DNA from: the human T2T-CHM13v2.0 reference genome, Homo sapiens
Direction: 5' to 3' (one strand)
DNA: 64,000 bases
Assembly: GCF_009914755.1 (NCBI RefSeq)
Contig: NC_060942.1
The translations under genes were made by a program, and so were the position numbers. Positions 51,286 to 64,000 of the stretch are shown here, in pieces. The notes under the pieces are model-generated. The model did no database searches. It was given only the letters and a program-made list of their open reading frames with translations, and had not been told where the DNA came from. The first letter of the stretch is position 1; every line of letters starts with the position of its first letter.

Positions 51286-52199
51286 CAAGCATAAAGAATT
51301 TTAAGCATACCGGAATAATACAGGAAGTTCCCCCATTGTACTCATTCCTCAGTTTCAGCCATTATCAAGTAATGACCAATCTTGTTTCATTCATACTCAC
51401 TCTCTTTCTTCATTCTATATTATTTTGAAGCAAATCCTATATTAGTTTTATATGTAAATATCTTAGTATATATTTCCAGTAAAGGTTTTTAAAACATAAA
51501 CACAGCGCCCATAATGATTAATTCAAAGGGTCTTAAATTCTTAAATAGGTCTACATAATTTTCTTTGTGTAAATGTTCTGTTATTGATTATGTTGGTTTA
51601 ATTTTTCTTCTAGCTGTTTAAAAAAATAGAAGGGAACATCTTTGTGTTTATAACTTTTCTCATATTTTAGTTTAAGAAATTTGTAGAATTTCTAGATCAA
51701 AAGGCCATATTACAGTGACACCAGAGTGTGAGAACCAGGGTTACTGTGCTGGCTAGCAGTAGATGTCATAGTTTAATAAACTTTTTGCTGATTTAAGAGG
51801 CAAATACTTGTTCTGGTTAGGGAAAAGGTGATATTAGTGGGGCAGAAGCATTCTTTTAACGATATATATTTATTATCTTCTGTAACGGATTTTCTGTGTT
51901 ACATTGTGTGTTGTGATTTTAAACATTTTTGTAGGTCAAGGGGTCTAGCCTTTTCATAAACTTTCTTTTTTTGAGAAATGTAATATACAGAAAAGTATGT
52001 AACACAAGTAAGTATATAGTCTAACATCACTAAAACCAATACTCATGTAACCACTACACAGATTGAGAACTAAAACATTATGGCATCCCAGAAACCCTCC
52101 TACCCCATGAATTTTGTCTCTGTCAAAACCTCTTTCCTTCTCCCCAGAGGTAGCTACTGTCCTGCTTTTTATGGATATCACTTTTTTTTTGCTCTTTTA

Positions 52200-53437
<1,238 letters not shown>

Positions 53438-54995
53438 TAAATACTTCAAAACTGGCTTTTTAAGAAGACACTCAGTGAAGACACTTAGTGTATCACTGGT
53501 TTTTATGTTCTAAGCATAATGAAATATATGTAAACAAATATTTATCTTTGTGACAAGTTCATTAGAGTGACATGGCAAAACATTTGAGTTTTTAAGTTTT
53601 TGAATTATCCAATCTTCATGTGATCTGTTTTGATAACTCCTCATTGCATTGGAAAGTATTTTATTGCTTGGCAGCATTTTGAAAAGTAATTAGGGTACAT
53701 AGCTTTTACAAGTTGTTTTCTTTTAAAAAAATTTTAAGCATCAATCATACTTCATTTTAGGTTATTTTTTTTTTTTCCGTAAGATCTGGGTTTCTTTTTT
53801 GTCATTCTAAGTAACTTTGTTGAAAGTAAGATTGTTGAAAGTTTTATTGCTTCAAATTCTAGTTTAAAGTTCATAAACAGCTTATTGAGATACAGATAAA
53901 TCTTTCTTTTAAATATGTCGAACCTATTTCCACCCTGGGGTCTTTGCTTTCGCTTCCTCTTTGAAATCTGTTCAGTCTTCACATAGATAAAAGGTTATTC
54001 AGGTCCCATCTTTTCAGATGGGATGTCCCCTACCATCCAGTCTGAAGTGTTCTTCCCAATCATCTGCTGTTCCATACCCTGTTTTATTTTCTTCACAGTG
54101 TTCATTGTTATCTGAGTTATTTCATTTGTTTGCTTATTTGTCTGCCCCTGCACCTCTGTGAGAACAGGGACTGTAGCTGTTTTGTTTTCTACTGTGTATG
54201 CAGTGCCTAGAAAGATCCCTAGATACTCTGTAGATATCTGTTAAATGAGTTAAAACAGGAAAGCCAAATAATTTTTATGTATTTGGGCTTGATGTAATAA
54301 TTGTTGTTTACAAATAAAAATTAGAAATACTTGATCAGTTGTCTTTGTAAACCAGAGTAGCACCTCTTTTTTCCCAGTGATTTAAAATTATATATTATTG
54401 TTCAAATGAGTACACTAAATACATCTCCAAAGTTAAAATTGTGGTAGTTAACATGACCTGACTTCACTAAAAATACCTTTTGCTATGGCATAGGTGGGAC
54501 AAATGACCTTCTACCCAAGAGACAGTTGAGAATCTGTGTGTACAACAACTGTGTGATTAGAGTATAATTAACCTTAACTCAGGGATGGGATAGCTGACTT
54601 GCTTATGCACTTTCTCTCAATTAGGGAATCTATAAAAATATGTCATGAGTCGATGTTATTCAAGGACAGTTCCCTGGAATACATCTTAGGGTCAGTGTGT
54701 TTTTAAAAAATAAAAGTTGAGACTACATAGAGAATATGTGTAGTCAAATGAAATACCATGGTAAAATAATTTATTTTAGATTCTGATTATTTCTGTTCTT
54801 TAAATTCTCAGTTGACCTGGTCCTTTGAGGTAAGAACCAAATTCCAGATTTTAAAAAATGACTTTTAGAACTTGAGGATAAGTGGTAATTGGAAATTAAA
54901 AAAAAAAATTAGTGTTTTAAGAACAGTGCTAAGTACTGAGCTAGAAAATAGAAGACATGGAAATTCCTACCTTTTAATGCATTATGTTATTTTAA

Positions 54996-55322
<327 letters not shown>

Positions 55323-55765
55323 TGATTGTATAGTCAGATAGTTACTTTAAAAAATTGAGCATAGTACATTGTCTTTTATTCAAGGTTATGTTTTCCCATG
55401 TACATTATATGTGTTCTTAAATATAAATAAAGGAATAAAGGTCATGTTGAAAACTCAGAATTTGTAAGCACTCCATCTTAATTGTCGGTGTTTTTGTTGT
55501 TTAACATATAATGATAAAAGATAGCCTTTTTTATGTTAGTAGGTTTCTATGTTTCGAATAGTAAGTATACCTTTTGAAATTCAGTTTGAAAATTTTATTT
55601 TCTGTGATCATACATTTCTACAAATTACTGAAAGGAAGTAATATTAAATGAGAACATGTTTCTGAAAGTTTTACTTATAATGTTAAAAAAATTGGTAATA
55701 AAAGGGAAATGGTTAAGTAAATTATGATAAATTTTTCCTTTTTTATACAGTCATTAAAATGTTTA

Positions 55766-56076
<311 letters not shown>

Positions 56077-56239
56077 TTATATAATGAAATGGAAATGCTT
56101 ACAGTGAAATATTACAGGAACATTCCATTTTAGCTACTGTATGATCTCGGCTTTTAAGGATGTGTGTGCTAAAGAACATAATCTTGGCTCTATCACTTGC
56201 TGTCATGTGACTTTGGCAAATTACCTAACCTCTAAGCCA

Positions 56240-56432
56240 TTCTGCCTAATAGAATTTTCTGTGATGAAGAAAATGATTTATATTTGCACTGTCCAGTTCG
56301 GTAGCCACTAGCCACATGTAACTATTGAGCACTTAAATTATAGCTCACTTGATTGACTAATCGGATTTCTAATTAGTTTTAATTTAATTTAAATAGTCAC
56401 ATGTGGCTAGTGGCTATCAATTTGGACAGTAT
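56240..56432. mobile_element. MER3-like hAT MITE inside a MIR
   Basis: Internal inverted repeat tagccactagccacatgt...acatgtggctagtggcta. Confidence 0.75.
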
Positions 56433-56704
56433 GCCTTAGTTTCTTTATCTAAAAAAATTAGAATAATAGTACTTATTGAGTTGTAAGGGTTTAATGAGAA
56501 TTCATACTACATGCTCCTGACACATAGTAAGTGTTGTAAATATGTGCATCATTATTAGATATGAACAGGAAAAGAAAAAAGGAAATATACAAAAATGTTA
56601 ATAGCTATCTTTTGGTTTTATGTGATCTTTATTTTTAATTTTTCAATATTAAGCATGCTATACAATCTGAACTAAAATTTAATTTAAAATACTTATCAAG
56701 ATAA

Positions 56705-56917
<213 letters not shown>

Positions 56918-57070
56918 TGAATATTTTAGACTTAAAGCTCTATTTGTTGTCAAAAGAATTGAAATCTGGGTGGAAGGAATGGAAAAATGTTTTATATATT
57001 AAATAATAAGAAATTGTGTTTAAGTATAAAAAACACATTTTCTGAGGGCATTTATTGACATTATCAGTAA

Positions 57071-57423
<353 letters not shown>

Positions 57424-58348
57424 CTGTTACATGTTTTAGAGTAATACAAAGGCTCTTGAAAATACTGAGTGAAGCCTCCAAAGTTGTATTCCTGTAACTT
57501 GAAATTTGTAAGAATCAGACTCTGGACTTTCATCTTAGCCAATCTTCAGGATTTTATGGAAGAGAATTCTAAAATTAATAGCTTTTCAAATTAAGAACCT
57601 GATAAGCCTGAAATATTTTTCACTAGTTATATATTCAACCTGTTTGAATTTTACTTTATAATATAACCTGTTTTTGAAAGAGAAAGGCAGTTGTAATTAG
57701 ATAGCCTAAATATATTTTTAATTGTGTGTCATCCTCAACATTTTCATTGTCAGTGATTGTAAATTGGTAGAATTAACTGTGTCTCATAACTTATTACCAG
57801 GAAGTTGCTTAGGATAAAAATAATGTAGCCCCATAGCATCCATAAAAATGGAATTGCCTGATTACCTCACAACAGCAAACCCAGTTTCTCATTTCCAGTT
57901 ATAGTTCAGTTAAAGAATGTTGGAATTTTTTTATATGACACTTTTAAACATGCCAAGTATAGCGAAAATAATAAACCACATGTACCTATCATCCAGCTGC
58001 AACAATTATCAGCACTTTACCAATCTTTAATGTGTTTCTCCCCCAACTTTTTTTTCCTGGAGTCGTTGAAAGCCAATTCCAAACAGCATAGTCACTCATA
58101 AAATATTTCTGTGTGAGTAACTCATAAAATACTCCTGTGTAACTCACAAATCTATACAGACTTCTGAAAAACATAATCGCGGTGCTATTTATTACACTTA
58201 ATAAATTAGCATCAATTCCCTGTTAAAATTTTCAACAATAGAGCATCAGTTATAGTCTGTTAGAACAATAGAATAAAGCAATAAAGTATTATATTTATTG
58301 ATAGGATATCCATGTGTATAGAAAAGTTAGTTATTAAACAATACATAA

Positions 58349-59124
<776 letters not shown>

Positions 59125-60269
59125 CTTTTGTTGTTATTTTTTAATGGCTTTGGATTTCCTTATATGTTTTGTAGTCCATTTTGTATTCGTGGGCCAAGTT
59201 TGTTTTGAGAGAATTCACTCATTTTATTATTTATTTTTTCTTCCTGTCATTGCTTCACCCTATGTGGCAATTTTGCCTTACCCTGGCATCTGGGATTCAC
59301 ATCTCAGAACCAAATCTTATAAATTTAGGAAGTAGGGGGACTTTGTCTCCTGAGGAAATTGAGTTCCATTCTGCAGGTATGCTTGGGGCCTAATTCCTGA
59401 TTGCCTAGATTTCTCTGAAACTTTTCCCTGCCGTGGGCAAATATTTTATTCCTAGGTGTACTTCTGAATTGGCTGTATTTTACCAGCACTTGATTTATGG
59501 GCAGGTGCCCACTTGTAGCCCCCAGAGAGTTTGGCTGTTGTCTCTCTCCATATTATTCCAAGAAGTCAAATTCCTGTTCCCTGCCCTTTGTTTATGGTCT
59601 TGGTATACCCCTAGTACCTCCTATCTTTAGTCTCTGCTCTCCACTGTGGGTTTTATTTATCATCAGTTTGGATGTATGGATTGTTTCCATATGAATTTCA
59701 TGATCAGTTTGGAGAGGATGACTATTTTAAATAGTTTTTCTGTTATTTGTATGTGGTTGAAGCAGAGAGAGAAGGTGATTATGTATACCCACTTAACCCA
59801 TCTTGACTCAGAAGTCTCTTGTTTTATTTATGTAATTTAAAGTGACTGGATAGAGAACTATGGTGTTGAATATATACTGTGTGCCAGATAGTATTTATAA
59901 ACTTAATCAGATATGGAGTAGTATTTAAAACAATTGAGCTTAAATAATGTGGAATCGTGCAAGTGTAATTTCTTGGATGTCAAATAGATACATTGTGACT
60001 TATTTATATTTTGGTACAGATGGCCTTTGAAAAGCCCCCAAGGTGTGAGACAAGTCATCACTTGATAAACCACTGTCTTGGACAGATCTTAATAGTGATC
60101 TCATACTTTTACCATGAAAAGTAGATAAATACCTTGTTGGACAAGATATTTGGAATTTAAAAAAATCTCATTTGTGTATATTAACTAAGATTTTAAAATA
60201 ATTATGTCTGTTTACCAAGTATATTACTGTTCTTTAGAAGAGTCTTACTAGTCAGAAAGAGACAGTTAC

Positions 60270-60793
60270 AAGTACAACCCCATCCACAATTTCACTTTCC
60301 ATGGCTTCAGGTATCCATGGTCAACCACAGTCCAAAAATATTAAATGAAAAATTCCAGAAACAATTCATAGGTTTTAAAATGTGCGCTGTTCTGAGTAGA
60401 TGATGAAATCTCACTCCATTCTGCTTGGGATGTAAAACCTTTTGCCAGCATATCCATGCTGTCTACATTACCCACCCATTAGTCACTGAGTAGCGAGCTC
60501 AGTTTTCAGATTGACTGTCATGGTCTCACAGTGCTTGTCATCCAGTAACCTTTATTTAGTTCATAATGGCCCCAAAGTGCAAGGGTAATGATGCTGGGAT
60601 ATTGTTAACATTGTTCTGTTTTATTATTACCTGTTGTTGTTAATCTCTTACTATGCCTAATTTGTAAGTTAAACTTCATTATGAGGTATGTATGTATAGG
60701 AAAAAACATAGTATATGCACAGTACTATCTAAAGTTTCATGCATCCACTGGAAGTCTTGGAACATATCCCCCATAGATAAGGGAGGAATACTG
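60270..60793. mobile_element. Tigger7/MER44-like DNA transposon relic
   Basis: ggtcaaccacagtccaaaaatattaaatg...cttggaacatatccccc...gataagggagg...actgta. Confidence 0.75.
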
Positions 60794-60972
60794 TATACCT
60801 TAAAATTTAACCATTGGCATTTTCTTCATTCGTTTTTTTGGGTAGCAGTAACTAAGGGATTTGTAAGTTATCAGATTTTCACAGGAGATGATATTATTGG
60901 GGTAAATTGTATGTAGATAGCATGCACCCCTGGAAGGAGTGCCCACACTTTGAGTACACAAATGTGTGCATG

Positions 60973-61010
60973 CACATACACACACACACACATACACACA
61001 CACACACACA
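60973..61010 (+). repeat. Imperfect (CA)n microsatellite
   Basis: Direct reading. Confidence 0.9.
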
Positions 61011-61309
61011 TTCCCCTTTTTAATTAAAATGAGGAAAACACACTTGGAGAGCCATAATTTCATTTTATAAGCCAAGAAGCTAGGACTAAATTGTGGTTTT
61101 TTTCACCCTTCTAAGTTGACTTTTTTTCCTGCTTCTCTCATGACATAGTAGTCATTTTTTACTTAACGAAAATCTGATGTAATGAAATGACATTTTACAA
61201 GCTTTAAATGAAGCAAATGTTTGAATTCTCTTTAAGTGGCCTTGTTCTTTTGCTTTCAAAAGTAAAATATGTTTTGTTTTGTGTTATTTAGCACTGGGCG
61301 TTTCAAGTT

Positions 61310-62040
61310 TTTAATAGCTTTATTGAGATTTTGAGAGAGAATTCACATGACATACAAGTCACCCATTTAAATTGGACAATTCAATGATTGTTAGTATATT
61401 CACAACATTGTGCAGTCATTACTACTCAATTTTGGAGCATTTTCATGACTGTGGAAAAAAACTCCATATACCCTTTTAACTATCACCCCCAAATCTCCAT
61501 TTCCATTAGCTCTAGACAACCACTATTCTACGCTCTTTGTAGATTTGCCTATTCAGGGCATTTTATATAGAAGAGAATTATGTAATATAGTCTTTTATGA
61601 CTTACTTCTTTTCACTAAGCATAATGTTTCAAGCTTCATCCATGTAGCACATACCAATTCTTCACTCCTTTTTATGGCTGAATAGTGCTCCACACACATT
61701 TTGTTCATCAGTTTATCCATTGATGGACTTGATTTCCACTTTTTGGCTATGTTATGAAGGATACTGCTATGAACATTTGTGTATAAGTATTTGTGTGTTT
61801 TCATTTCTCTTGGGTACATACCTAAAAGTGGAATTGCTGGATTGTAAGATAACTCTATGTAAACTTTTTGAGAAACTGATAGACTGTTTTACAAAATGGC
61901 TGCACCACTTTACATTCTCACTAGCAGGGTGTGAGGGTTCCAATTTCTCTACATTCTCATCAGTACTTGTTATCTGTCTTTTTTATTTTAGCCATTGTAG
62001 TAGGTGTGAAGTATAATCTTATTGTGGTAGTTTTGATTTG
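61310..62040 (-). mobile_element. L1MB-type 3' end
   Basis: Old L1 3' consensus; ORF 61595-61819 is an ORF2 C-terminal relic. Confidence 0.85.
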
Positions 62041-63071
62041 CAAACTTCCTGTGTTAATATTGAGTTGGGTTTGTTTTTGAACACATTTATTTTAGAGGAA
62101 GGGGCAGCAGATGCTTCTAAACCACTGGTGGACTAGGTCAGAGGGTATTATGAACCTCATTTAAATTTATTCCCAATTAACACTCATTGTGATTCCCTAA
62201 GTCAAGTAGAACTTAGAATGTCCTTAGCACAATCTTGTTTATGTTCAGGTGCATTTTTCATTCTGGATTACTGTTTCCTAATGTTAATTTAAGATTATAT
62301 AGTATTGCATTTAAGCCTTGTCAAAGGAAAATGGCAAAATTTGACTCCTGGTTGTAAAAGACAATATCCTAAAGATGTTGTCAGTGATCTTTATGAGACA
62401 CACATCTTTGTTAAGTAACGGTTTTGTAATAAATTCAGAAAACATGGTTAAATAAATTAAAGCAGAAATTAGCTCAGGAGTGGTGGTCAGAAATATTTTT
62501 TGGATCTGAGCCAAAAAGAATATTTAAAGCCTTTGATTACTTTGAATTGCCTTTGTCAACAATTTAGTCAAATTATGAAAGGAAGACAGTAGCATTTCAA
62601 TAATAGCTTTAATTTTTATCATCCAGTGTAACAAATGGAATCTGTTATGGTATCCGTTATCAATGGATTAGTTACAGTGTGAAGTCAGGAGGCAATGCAG
62701 GTTTTAGTTATTAGTGAACCTAACTGAATAATTTTAGGTCTTCTGGTTTGAGTGCTATAATTACGTAAATAATCTGTGGAAGGGAGGTTTGCTGAGGTGC
62801 CCAATGAATCATTTTTACTGCATCTACAGATGCAAGTCATAAAGTTTAATCCGTGTGGGTAACCTGTAATATGTGCTGCTGATGTTAGCATAGATTCAGG
62901 CTGAAACAATCCTAATTGCGATTATTTACAACACATTGGAGAGAGCCTATGTGTGACATATTACTTGGTTATTTTTTTAAATGACTCGTGGGGGTGGGGG
63001 AGTGTTAATGTTAAAGGCATACTTGAATCTTGGAGATTATAATTAAGTTTTATTCCCTACTCCCAGATAAC

Positions 63072-63073
<2 letters not shown>

Positions 63074-63149
<76 letters not shown>
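63074..63149 (+). repeat. Compound (TA)n(CA)n microsatellite
   Basis: About 18 TA units followed by about 20 CA units. Confidence 0.95.
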
Positions 63150-63152
<3 letters not shown>

Positions 63153-63166
63153 TTGGTTAGTGATGA

Positions 63167-63800
<634 letters not shown>

Positions 63801-64000
63801 AATAGACTGGGCATAGTGATTGACTCCTATAATCCCAGCACTTCGGGAGGTCAAGGTAGGAGGATTGCTTGAGCGCAGGAGTAGTTCAAGATCAGCCTGG
63901 GCAACAGCAAGACCTCATCTCTACCAAAAAAAAAAAAAAAAAAATTAGCCAGGCATGGTGGCATGTGCCTGTAGTCCTGGCTAGTTGGGAGGCTGATGTG

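Noticed and set aside
56285-56430. Long hairpin suggesting a miRNA precursor
   Set aside because: Explained by the internal inverted repeat of a MER3-like MITE.

Overview
Human (primate) genomic DNA: about 20 kb of repeat-rich upstream sequence, then the CpG-island promoter and most of SMAD4 on the + strand. It contains non-coding exon 1 and exons 2-10, encoding residues 1-436 (MH1, linker and part of MH2); the last two exons lie beyond the window. All exon boundaries were checked for AG/GT and frame continuity. Most of the rest is Alu, L1, L2, MIR, MaLR/ERV1 LTR and DNA-transposon relics. No prokaryote-type system (CRISPR, operon, rRNA/tRNA) is present. The most notable observations are: (1) a ~1 kb TSD-flanked, polyadenylated retrocopy of an unidentified, apparently non-coding or micro-ORF transcript 2-3 kb upstream of the SMAD4 start, with its own nested 29-nt micro-insertion; (2) an in-frame upstream 3' splice site for exon 9 that would add 27 aa; (3) two cryptic intron-4 exons that would give an MH1-only 177-aa protein; (4) a 29-aa Cys-rich uORF whose frame stays open back through exon 1; (5) a patch of templated local duplications inside an old L2. 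Repeat subfamily names are from recognition of consensus sequence and their boundaries are approximate.
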